From positions 150,199-214,198 of IMG/VR virus record IMGVR_UViG_3300048924_000100: a DNA stretch of 64,000 nt. One strand, 5' to 3'. Shown piece by piece: positions 10,174-18,155 of the stretch. The number at the start of each line of letters is the position of its first letter. Position 1 is the first letter of the stretch. Under the pieces are notes generated by a model. The model was not told the origin of the DNA, made no database searches, and saw only the letters and a program-made list of their open reading frames with translations. A program made the translations under genes and the position numbers.

Positions 10174-10238
10174 TTCCCTATGCCTATGCTCGAAAGAGTA
10201 GAACTCTTGGGAAACCAGGGGGGAGGGAAGGTGGGAAA
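10174..10238 (+). other. Predicted structured RNA element in 3' UTR (multi-stem junction, two GAAA tetraloops)
   Basis: Folded by eye: closing stem ttccc..gcc/ggt-gggaa enclosing ctatgctc-GAAA-gagtag and ctcttgg-GAAA-ccagggg hairpins. Confidence 0.4.
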
Positions 10239-10254
10239 TTCACGATATAGACTA

Positions 10255-10279
10255 AGCCCCTTACCGTAGGTAAGGGTTT
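10255..10279 (+). terminator. Intrinsic terminator
   Basis: Stem cccttacc/ggtaaggg followed by tttcattctt. Confidence 0.65.
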
Positions 10280-10309
10280 CATTCTTCTGCTGTGGGGAGT
10301 AGGCGTCAA

Positions 10310-10507
10310 ATGAAAAGAACATTAAGTATCATTCCACCATCATTGTTGCGAAGCCATGTTAAACAAAATGGTCTGGTGCCGGTACCTGAACCTTTTAACC
10401 GTGAACTGTTGCCTTCGACAGCAACCCTGCTCGGTTTCATGCGTACTTGGGTTCAAAATGCTGAGGCCACGACCAAAGGACTGGAGGAACTGGGAAATGC
10501 TAAATAA
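10310..10507 (+). CDS. Small hypothetical protein (65 aa)
   Basis: ATG 10310 with upstream GGGGAG/AGG; overlaps the next small ORF. Confidence 0.45.
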   Translation: MKRTLSIIPPSLLRSHVKQNGLVPVPEPFNRELLPSTATLLGFMRTWVQNAEATTKGLEELGNAK

Positions 10508-10640
10508 CCTTACCAAGAAAAAACTGACCATACTTGGCCTGATCTTCCCAAAGCCCTCCAAAAAGCAGCAAGAGGCGCGAGCGGAACTTGCCAAGGCAGA
10601 TCACGACAAATTGATTGAAAGCGCTCTACGCGTGTTGTAG
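10497..10640 (+). CDS. Small basic hypothetical protein (47 aa)
   Basis: GGAGG RBS; MLNNLTKKKLTILGLIFPKPSKK...; ends before a bidirectional terminator. Confidence 0.5.
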   Translation: MLNNLTKKKLTILGLIFPKPSKKQQEARAELAKADHDKLIESALRVL

Positions 10641-10658
10641 CTCGTTGTAGCGGCTATA

Positions 10659-10698
10659 TTAATACCCTAACCGCTCGTAGGAGCGGTTAGGGTATTAA
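10659..10698. terminator. Bidirectional hairpin terminator between convergent genes
   Basis: Perfect 18-bp stem ttaataccctaaccgctc/gagcggttagggtattaa with GTAG loop. Confidence 0.75.
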
Positions 10699-10715
10699 GC
10701 TCCATTATATTTTCT

Positions 10716-12260
10716 TTATGCGGCTACACCGAAGTGATCGAAGTCATTCTCTAATTCGCCATTCTCATTTAGTCGTTGTGTCAAGCTACGACGGAAAGCA
10801 GGTTTCTTGTTAATGTCGTGAATCAAGCCTTGGTCAGGATGGAGATCATAGATCCCGAACCGTTCCTCTGGCAGACAACCCTCGCCCCGTTGTTTACCTA
10901 CGCAATAGGTGAAGTAAACTTTGAAGGTTGTTTTGGCCACATGGATGGTGATGACCACATCCACTTCGTTGGTAATCTTGGTCGATGTTTCAGTAAGCGA
11001 CTTACCAGAAACCTCTCGAGCAAAATATACCTCAGACTCTTCGTCAGATTCCTGTAGCTTCATCTTGGCTGCTGGAGACAATTGATGAGGAGTAAGGAAG
11101 CTGATACCGCGAGCAATAATGAAACCCCTGATCTTCCGGAAGTGCATTTGCAGCTTGTCGGACTTTGTTTCGCCAGGGATCTTGTCGATGTTTTGCAGAC
11201 CGCAGTAGTCGTAGGCCCAGAAGATAATCTCGTGACCTTTGAGTTCCAGTTGACGGCAACGGGCGAACATGGTGTTAGCCGAGTCTTTACTGGAATCAAT
11301 TTGGTTGATGATGAGATACCAACCATTTTCTTTAAAGCAACCCACAATAGCGCTAACGATATCGTCGTTGGCAGCCAGTTGGAAGTCAGACGTCTCGCCA
11401 TGACGTGCAGAGAGCGCCAACTTGTACATGCGCATGATGATCAGGTCCATGGTGTCTTCAGCAGACTCCAGGAGGATCGTAGGGATCTTGGCTTTGTCCC
11501 TGAGCATTGGTTTGTTGTACAGTCCAATACTCGCTACCATGTGACTTGTTGCCAAAGACTTACCTCGGTTAGTAAGTGCTTCGATCATGTACATCTTGCC
11601 ACGGCGGAAACCACCGTCAGGATTCAGGGCAATGTTCAAACCCTGGATACCGGTCTTCATGATACCTTCCAGACTGTTCTCACGCTTAGCCATGTCAATG
11701 ACTGCGTTAAACGAATCAGGAGTTTCAGAAGTAACTTGAGCAACTACTTCAGACTGTCGCTCTTCAAAGCCTTGGTTAACACCAGACTGTACCAGATCGA
11801 TCAGGTTAGCCCAATCGTCTTTGCCCATGTCATTCAGATCTTTGAAGTAGAAGTCCTTAATAGCCTTCTTGAACTTCTTGGAGAACTCTTCACCTTCTGA
11901 GTTCAAACGGATCTCAGAGATGTGCTGATAGATCAGTTTGCGGGTCTGTTCATCCGTCGCTTGATCTTCCAACCCGTGAGTGATGGCCTCTTTCAGACCG
12001 TCATCGTTCTTGATGAACATGTTCACACGTTGCAACAATGCTGATTTTATGACCGGTTCATCTTCAGGCTGTTTTAACAGCCAGTGGATAGTTGCGCGAA
12101 TGCTGTCTCGAATACCTTTGTCTTGTGTGAAAACATCAGCATTGGGTACAGGCAACTCGTTTAACGTATCTACCAGTTCCGTGATTAGGTTAGTGTCCTT
12201 CAGCTTCTTAGCCTGATACAACGCGGACAACAACTTAACCAGTACCAATAAATCGTTCAT
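10716..12260 (-). CDS. dnaB: Replicative DnaB-like helicase (phiKZ gp118-like)
   Basis: 514 aa. Walker A ALTNRGKS, SF4 motifs (LLESAED, WAYDY, LTPHQLS, EVDVVITIH, GKQRG); divergent from the capsid block as in phiKZ-like phages. Confidence 0.85.
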   Translation of the reverse strand: MNDLLVLVKLLSALYQAKKLKDTNLITELVDTLNELPVPNADVFTQDKGIRDSIRATIHWLLKQPEDEPVIKSALLQRVNMFIKNDDGLKEAITHGLEDQATDEQTRKLIYQHISEIRLNSEGEEFSKKFKKAIKDFYFKDLNDMGKDDWANLIDLVQSGVNQGFEERQSEVVAQVTSETPDSFNAVIDMAKRENSLEGIMKTGIQGLNIALNPDGGFRRGKMYMIEALTNRGKSLATSHMVASIGLYNKPMLRDKAKIPTILLESAEDTMDLIIMRMYKLALSARHGETSDFQLAANDDIVSAIVGCFKENGWYLIINQIDSSKDSANTMFARCRQLELKGHEIIFWAYDYCGLQNIDKIPGETKSDKLQMHFRKIRGFIIARGISFLTPHQLSPAAKMKLQESDEESEVYFAREVSGKSLTETSTKITNEVDVVITIHVAKTTFKVYFTYCVGKQRGEGCLPEERFGIYDLHPDQGLIHDINKKPAFRRSLTQRLNENGELENDFDHFGVAA

Positions 12261-12283
12261 TAGGAAACCCCTAGGAGCTGAAA

Positions 12284-12832
12284 ATGATTCTTAAGACCCC
12301 CCAAGGGAAGTCAGTCCGTATTTTTTACCTGACCAGCGATATGCAACAGTTGCTGGCCCGTCAAGCAATTCCTGGCAGCGAGATCGCAAAGCTGTCAACA
12401 TATCATCAGAAGTTGACCTTCGGTGAAATCGCTAGCATCCTGAAGTTCCAATATATTGTGGCTCAACAGCTCGGCGTGTTGATGATCGATCCTAAACATC
12501 TGTTCGGTGAAGGTTACAACGCCGGCATGGTCGAGGCTGCATTTAATAGCCTGGACGGTGAAAGCTTATCCGCGATTGCTAAGGATACAAAGTCCTTCAG
12601 TTGCATCGATGCGGGCATGAATACCATTATCTTTCTATTTAATGGGGAGAACGCTCCTAAGGCTCCTGGCTTCGACACGCTGGAGTGTGTCACTTTCTCT
12701 AGCGCTTTGCTGGAAACAATTTTTGCTAAGGTGGGGTACATGGAATCCCACAATGGCAAAATCCCAAAACCTAACCAGGGTGAATTTACCTTGGCAGAGG
12801 TTTACAAACTGGTTAGTATCCAAAACCCGTAA
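12284..12832 (+). CDS. Conserved protein between helicase and major capsid gene (phiKZ gp119-like)
   Basis: 182 aa, AGGAG RBS; assignment from synteny. Confidence 0.6.
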   Translation: MILKTPQGKSVRIFYLTSDMQQLLARQAIPGSEIAKLSTYHQKLTFGEIASILKFQYIVAQQLGVLMIDPKHLFGEGYNAGMVEAAFNSLDGESLSAIAKDTKSFSCIDAGMNTIIFLFNGENAPKAPGFDTLECVTFSSALLETIFAKVGYMESHNGKIPKPNQGEFTLAEVYKLVSIQNP

Positions 12833-12845
12833 CTTCACTGTATTT

Positions 12846-12849
12846 TATG
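12846..12849 (+). promoter_or_regulatory. Candidate TATG late promoter of the major capsid gene
   Basis: AT-rich tatttTATGtg about 60 nt upstream of the capsid start; matches the phiKZ nvRNAP late-promoter core. Confidence 0.45.
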
Positions 12850-12908
12850 TGTAGCGCTAATACACAGACAAATATATTTGTTCACATCCTCAGTAAAGGA
12901 TTCGAGTC

Positions 12909-15089
12909 ATGGCCTTTAAACAAGTCACCGCGTCTCTGAAGAATACCGGAAACCTCTTCAGCGCCGTTCGTCAAGCCCTGGGCAACCAACAACTCAACAC
13001 CGTCATTGGTGCTGAGAGCTTCGAAGTGTTCCAAGACGGCGTCAATCAGATCACTGGCGTCGAAAGCCACCAACTGACCACGCTGTTCAAGTCGGTCACT
13101 CCGAAGTCCTACGACGCGTTCTCTGGTTCCCTGAACCGTGCCTCTGTTCCTGGCACCGAAATGGCAATCATGAACGAAGCCGCTAAGGCTCTGGCCGAAG
13201 TAACTGGTATCGAGGGTTTCTCGCTCCAGAACTTCAAAGGCAGCGAGATGGACATCAAGGCAGCTAACCTGACCTTGAACGCCCAGTCGCACCTGCAGAC
13301 TCCAGCCGCCGAAGCACTGTTCTCCACCATCACCGTTCGTTACGAAGACGAAGGCGCTAACCTGGTAGTCCGCGCTGCGGGTATCGGTTCGTACGCCTAC
13401 GGTAACAGCGCATGGCAGTCGGCTTCCGAGCTGCGTCCGATCTTCGGTCTGCTGCGCTCCGGCGAAATGTTCAAGGACGAAGTTCTGGCCGTGCATCCGG
13501 TATATCCGGACGACGCTGGTGACGACAACCGCGACTTCTTCGTTGATACCGCGATCATCGCCGCTTCCACCGCTACCTACCCAGAAGCCGACGCTTATGG
13601 CCGTAGCAGCCACGCCACCCAGTACCTGAAAGTTCCGAACACCATTCCGAACCTTCTGGCTCTGACTCAGGTTCCTGGCCAGCGTCCATGGACCAGCACC
13701 GATGAACTCGAGTCCAACTCGCTGGTCATCAAAGAAGTTCTGGCTTCGGCTAAGTTGGGTAACACCAACATCAACTTCTTCATCAACACCATTTCGATCT
13801 CGAACAACACCTTCGGCCCTACCAGCCAAGGCCAGTCGTCCGACGACCGTGAAGTGAACCTGCACCTGCGCGCTCTGCCAGGCTTCAGCGTGCTGGACAA
13901 AACCGGCGCTACCGTCGGCGAAACCCTGTTCGCTTCGTTCAAGACCGCTGGTTACGAGCCTCTGCTCAACATCAGCATGAACGGCAACTACCAGCGTCAG
14001 ACCAACGAAATGCGTCTGAACTCTGGCCAGGTGACCGTCCACGGTCTGCGTGACCTGACCAACGGCAACGTTGTCACCATGCACAAAGCTGACGCAACTC
14101 AGAAAGCGCTGATCAAGTCCCTGACTCTGGGTGCTGTGACCGGTATCGATCTGGGCGGCAACGTCTCCAACACCTCCCGCGGTAACTTCGGCTACCGTAT
14201 CGAAGTGTTCGATGCTGACAAGCGTCTGTCCGTTCGTCGCAACAGCCCAGTGTCGGTGAAATACCCGGTATCGGCTGACGACGTTAACCAGGGTTCCCTG
14301 GACTTCGCGATTCAGCAAATGTCGATCGCGATCAACAACCAGTGCTCGAAGAAAGCTTTCGATGTGGCTCAGGAACACCTGAAGTACATCACTTCGATCG
14401 ACGGCTCCCCAGTTGTCGGCAACCAACAGGGCTCCAACGTCCTGCCAGGTCAGCACTACGTTTCGGCTGCAGCTGTTAACCGTTCGTTCAAGATCAAGGA
14501 CCGTGTATCGTCCCTGGACTCGATCGACGTGTTCGACAACGTTGCTGCTGTGTTCCTGAACGAAATCAGCGACATCACTGCTGCCCTGAACACCAAGTCG
14601 GGTCTGGCTGCGATCGCTGAATACGGCGGCACTGACAAGATCGAATGGACCGTCGTGGTTCACCAGAACTTGGCGCGCTTCCTGATGCGTTCGGGCGATG
14701 CTCGTTCCCTGGGTCCGGTCACTCCAATGACCATCGTTGAGACCAACTTCGACAGCCAAATCGGCCAACTGCTGATCGTTCCGAAGAACACGTCCACCAA
14801 CGACTTCATCAACCCACTGGGCGGCATCGGCGTGAACATCTCGAAAGAGAACATCGTCGTGCAAGGCAACGTGACTCGTGACCAACAGGACTTCGGTGTG
14901 GTTATGACCATGCCTACCTACCGTCACTGGCCACTGAACGTTATCATCGGCTCGCTGACCATCGAAGATGCTCACGAGTTCCTGGGTGATGACGGTCTGC
15001 TGACCAAGCTGGCTAAACAGGTTGTTGAAGTCCAAGGTATGAGCGATCTGATCGCTGCTACCGAAGGCAACGCGCCAGTAACCCCGTAA
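12909..15089 (+). CDS. Major capsid protein (phiKZ gp120-like)
   Basis: 726 aa, extreme codon bias, propeptide with GAES/GIEG sites, strong RBS and terminator, and position between helicase and nvRNAP genes. Confidence 0.85.
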   Translation: MAFKQVTASLKNTGNLFSAVRQALGNQQLNTVIGAESFEVFQDGVNQITGVESHQLTTLFKSVTPKSYDAFSGSLNRASVPGTEMAIMNEAAKALAEVTGIEGFSLQNFKGSEMDIKAANLTLNAQSHLQTPAAEALFSTITVRYEDEGANLVVRAAGIGSYAYGNSAWQSASELRPIFGLLRSGEMFKDEVLAVHPVYPDDAGDDNRDFFVDTAIIAASTATYPEADAYGRSSHATQYLKVPNTIPNLLALTQVPGQRPWTSTDELESNSLVIKEVLASAKLGNTNINFFINTISISNNTFGPTSQGQSSDDREVNLHLRALPGFSVLDKTGATVGETLFASFKTAGYEPLLNISMNGNYQRQTNEMRLNSGQVTVHGLRDLTNGNVVTMHKADATQKALIKSLTLGAVTGIDLGGNVSNTSRGNFGYRIEVFDADKRLSVRRNSPVSVKYPVSADDVNQGSLDFAIQQMSIAINNQCSKKAFDVAQEHLKYITSIDGSPVVGNQQGSNVLPGQHYVSAAAVNRSFKIKDRVSSLDSIDVFDNVAAVFLNEISDITAALNTKSGLAAIAEYGGTDKIEWTVVVHQNLARFLMRSGDARSLGPVTPMTIVETNFDSQIGQLLIVPKNTSTNDFINPLGGIGVNISKENIVVQGNVTRDQQDFGVVMTMPTYRHWPLNVIIGSLTIEDAHEFLGDDGLLTKLAKQVVEVQGMSDLIAATEGNAPVTP

Positions 15090-15090
15090 T

Positions 15091-15166
15091 AAGGGTTGCC
15101 GCAGCTTACTACGGAGTCTTGACTCCCGAGTAGACTCCGTTGTTGCGTCTGCTGTTGTAACCCCTT
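15091..15166 (+). other. Long stem-loop in capsid 3' UTR
   Basis: Perfect inner stem acggagtct (15111-15119)/agactccgt (15132-15140) nested in outer stem gggttgccgcagc/gctgttgtaaccc (G-U pairs, one mismatch). Confidence 0.5.
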
Positions 15167-15184
15167 TCACAAGGGACTAAATGT

Positions 15185-15220
15185 AAACCCCTCTCCTGCC
15201 TTCGGGTGGGGGAGGGGTTT
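15185..15220 (+). terminator. Intrinsic terminator of capsid transcript
   Basis: aaacccctc...TTCG...gaggggttt followed by atgttgcttt. Confidence 0.75.
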
Positions 15221-15258
15221 ATGTTGCTTTTAGATAATTTGCTAAGATATTTCAAACC

Positions 15259-15266
15259 TACATTAT
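15259..15266 (+). promoter_or_regulatory. Early-type promoter variant (aaaccTACATTAT)
   Basis: Same AAACC prefix as the TATATTAC sites at 48192 and 58708; upstream of the operon with the nvRNAP subunit. Confidence 0.5.
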
Positions 15267-15322
15267 CAAAAGGATAAGTAACTACGAATTGGCTTTTAAG
15301 GAAGCCGGAAGAGGTTCTCAAC

Positions 15323-16459
15323 ATGACTACTGAACTCAATTGCTTCCAACTCAACTACCGTATCACCAATATCTCCAGCAAAGAGATCATTGTCAAGATC
15401 AAAGGCGGGTTGAGTTACATTGTGCAGCGTGGGAGTGAAGCCACCTACATCAATGAACAACAGATCCACGTGGTCATCGAGAACGTCTATCTGGACAACC
15501 TCAGGATCGATCACAACGCTGCTCTGACTAAGCTGGACAAATTCATCTTGGTGGAGTTGTCTAAGGAACATGAGCGGCTGAAGAAAAGCAACACTGAATA
15601 CCACATCCGTATGCCGGTGACCATGCGTGTCCAATTGGACCTGGTTAAAAGCATGGTGGAGCGTAATAACGCAATCCACAGCGAACTGCTCGGCATTACC
15701 ATGTACCTGGGTAGCGAGAACTTGGATCAACCTTGTCTCAATACTCCAGCCTTCACTATGAAGGAACTCTTCGAGAATCCTGGCGATGAGTCTGTACAAG
15801 GTAAAGCAGCACTGCACTACTTTGTTTACGTAAATGACCCACAACGGGTTAACAAACCACTCTACACGAACATCATGGGTAAATCGACTGAGGTACCGGT
15901 TGACTGTGATGTAAACAAACAACCCGGATTGTATGTTGGCATTTCCCGCGGTATTGAACCACGGGGGACCCAATATTACGCCTTCGGCGAATTGGATGAC
16001 CAGAAACTAACACATCTGGGTCTATTCAAGACTAAAGCCGAGTGTGATGCAGGAGGTAATACAGAACGGTTCTTGACGGCAGAGAGCAAGAACCGAGACC
16101 TTAATAAAGACGCCAACAGCATGCGTACCCAGATTGAAAACCTTACTGAGGCATTGGGTAAGTCTGAAACCAATGTCTTCCGCCTTAGCAATGATTTGAC
16201 TAAATTGAAAGACGAGCACAAGCTCGAGATGAATGCTGTCAAGATGGAGCACCGTATGGAAGCTAACACCTTGAAGCATTCTGGCAAGATGGCATCGGAC
16301 TTGTTTAAGTTCGAGACCCGTATTAAGGATACAGTGAACAAGGCGAACACTGATCTGGTAAAACAAAAGGGCGCCCAAAATTCCTGGGGGGATTTCGCTA
16401 AGGCTGTAGGTACCTTGGCGGGCGTAGCAATCACGGGGTATAAATTGCTAACTGCATAA
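15323..16459 (+). CDS. Conserved hypothetical protein with C-terminal coiled coil and hydrophobic tail
   Basis: 378 aa; heptad-rich C-terminal third ending WGDFAKAVGTLAGVAITGYKLLTA. Confidence 0.7.
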   Translation: MTTELNCFQLNYRITNISSKEIIVKIKGGLSYIVQRGSEATYINEQQIHVVIENVYLDNLRIDHNAALTKLDKFILVELSKEHERLKKSNTEYHIRMPVTMRVQLDLVKSMVERNNAIHSELLGITMYLGSENLDQPCLNTPAFTMKELFENPGDESVQGKAALHYFVYVNDPQRVNKPLYTNIMGKSTEVPVDCDVNKQPGLYVGISRGIEPRGTQYYAFGELDDQKLTHLGLFKTKAECDAGGNTERFLTAESKNRDLNKDANSMRTQIENLTEALGKSETNVFRLSNDLTKLKDEHKLEMNAVKMEHRMEANTLKHSGKMASDLFKFETRIKDTVNKANTDLVKQKGAQNSWGDFAKAVGTLAGVAITGYKLLTA

Positions 16460-16469
16460 CGGAGCATCC

Positions 16470-18131
16470 ATGTCACTGAAATTAGCCAAGGCCATCGATA
16501 ACTCAATGGCGCGGTTTAACACCACCATCACGGAAGGGTTCCACCAGAACGAATTTGAAGGTGCTGTTCACTATTACGAGAATGCTCTGCGGATGATTTT
16601 TAAGAGCATCGAAAAACGTGGCGTGTTCTTCAAATGTGTGAAAGAGGTATCTCCGGATGAGTACATCAGTCACCTGATCCAAAGTAGCACCAAGCTGTTC
16701 GATATCCACAAGGAAACCTTGTACCCGGTCAAGTTGATGTTTGAATACGTCAACCGAGCTGGTGAGATCATCGAGATGCAGCAGTACACCATGCTACCGT
16801 ATACCGATGTCTATGGTGACTTGTGGTTGCGCGGTACCCAGTACAGCTTGCAGTTTGTATTGGCGGAACGTGGATTGCCGGTAACAAAAGAGAATGCCTT
16901 GTTTGTCAAGGTGTTGGGCTTCAAGTTCAAGATCGGTACTGAGCACTTCAAGTTCTCCCAGGTCCTCACCGACACGGGTAACCTGACGTACAAGACCACT
17001 GAGTTGAACCTGGCTGCTAACCGGTTCTACAGTCCTACCGAGTCACGCAAGATCAGCGACACCAAAACCCCTATGCCGTTGCTGGCATGGTACACCTTTG
17101 CTGATATGGGCTTCAGCAAGGCGATTGATCTCTTTGGGGAATGTGACTATGAGATCGCGCCTATCGAGGTGTTGGTAGCTGAATGCAGTCCTGAGGATCG
17201 TTGGGAGATCTTTACCCGCGCTTCTCGCTCCGGCAACGCTAAGTACTTGGGAGAGTTTGTCCCCCACGACTACGGCATCGCCATCCGTAACAAAAGCAGT
17301 AAGCGTAAAGAACTCAGCGCAATGGGCTTGCAGTATGCCAGTGCCCTGCTGTTCGTAGTAGATTGCCTTTCGTCGTACTTCGATATTGACAACATCGATA
17401 ACCCGGATTACTGGAAACTCATTATCGGTCGTTGCTCGGTTAAATCCGGTGACAGTAATGAGTACATCATGCGCTTGATGAATGAGCACTTTGATTCCAT
17501 TAACGAGTACCTCGACGAAGATTCGATCAAGAAGTTTGCCAGTCAGTCAATTGTAGTCAGCAACATGTTCGAGTTGTTTAACTACATCATTGCTAACCGC
17601 AGTGAGATTGTGCAAACCACGGATCGCGCAGACATGTTCCACAAGGAACTGGCGAGTCTGGAGTTTACGTTGGACAAGCTGATTACAGCCGCCAACAAGT
17701 TCAAGCACGAGATCAAAAACAACTCCGAGCTCAACCAGAAAAAGGTTGCTCGTTTCCTGACTAACAACTTTCACATTAAGGAGATTGACAATTCGCGCAC
17801 AACCAATCTCATTCAGGAAGCGACGCCAACCGATAACCCGTATGTGGACTATGTGTTGGGTTGTATGCCTCAGCATCGTGTTTATACGAATTCGACTAAA
17901 GCGAAGAAGCGTGGGGAGTTTGATCCCACGGACAGTGCAGGCAGCGCGCATGCGTCTATTGCATTCGTCAACAGCTTCCTTCGGGTAACTGGACCCTACC
18001 CGGATGGTCGAGGTTATCTCAACCCATGTGTATATTTGATTCAGGGCAAAACAACAGCGTTGGATCCTTCGCTGAAGTGGTTGTATCTGAAAACGGATAA
18101 GCGCCTACGCCACCGTGAACCCTTTGCTTAA
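16470..18131 (+). CDS. Non-virion RNA polymerase beta-type subunit (phiKZ gp123-like)
   Basis: 553 aa. Beta N-terminal-like segments (MLPYTDVYGDLWLRGTQY; NLIQEATPTDNP; AHASIAFVNSFLRVTGPYPDGRGYLNP); size and synteny match. Confidence 0.75.
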   Translation: MSLKLAKAIDNSMARFNTTITEGFHQNEFEGAVHYYENALRMIFKSIEKRGVFFKCVKEVSPDEYISHLIQSSTKLFDIHKETLYPVKLMFEYVNRAGEIIEMQQYTMLPYTDVYGDLWLRGTQYSLQFVLAERGLPVTKENALFVKVLGFKFKIGTEHFKFSQVLTDTGNLTYKTTELNLAANRFYSPTESRKISDTKTPMPLLAWYTFADMGFSKAIDLFGECDYEIAPIEVLVAECSPEDRWEIFTRASRSGNAKYLGEFVPHDYGIAIRNKSSKRKELSAMGLQYASALLFVVDCLSSYFDIDNIDNPDYWKLIIGRCSVKSGDSNEYIMRLMNEHFDSINEYLDEDSIKKFASQSIVVSNMFELFNYIIANRSEIVQTTDRADMFHKELASLEFTLDKLITAANKFKHEIKNNSELNQKKVARFLTNNFHIKEIDNSRTTNLIQEATPTDNPYVDYVLGCMPQHRVYTNSTKAKKRGEFDPTDSAGSAHASIAFVNSFLRVTGPYPDGRGYLNPCVYLIQGKTTALDPSLKWLYLKTDKRLRHREPFA

Positions 18132-18155
18132 GCCAGGGGGTGTTAGGAGTGTGTA

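Noticed and set aside
10218-10235. G-quadruplex in the G-rich UTR
   Set aside because: The first two G3 tracts are one uninterrupted G6 run, and the Gs are better explained by stem pairing.
10655-10662. TATATTAA as an early promoter
   Set aside because: It overlaps the terminator arm between convergent genes, with no + strand gene downstream.
12882-15170. 762-aa antisense ORF over the capsid gene
   Set aside because: Same codon-bias shadow; V/G/D/Q-rich composition typical of reverse-frame translation.
10716-18131. Inteins or introns in helicase or RNAP subunit
   Set aside because: Lengths match uninterrupted family members; no intein splice motifs or homing-endonuclease motifs were noticed.
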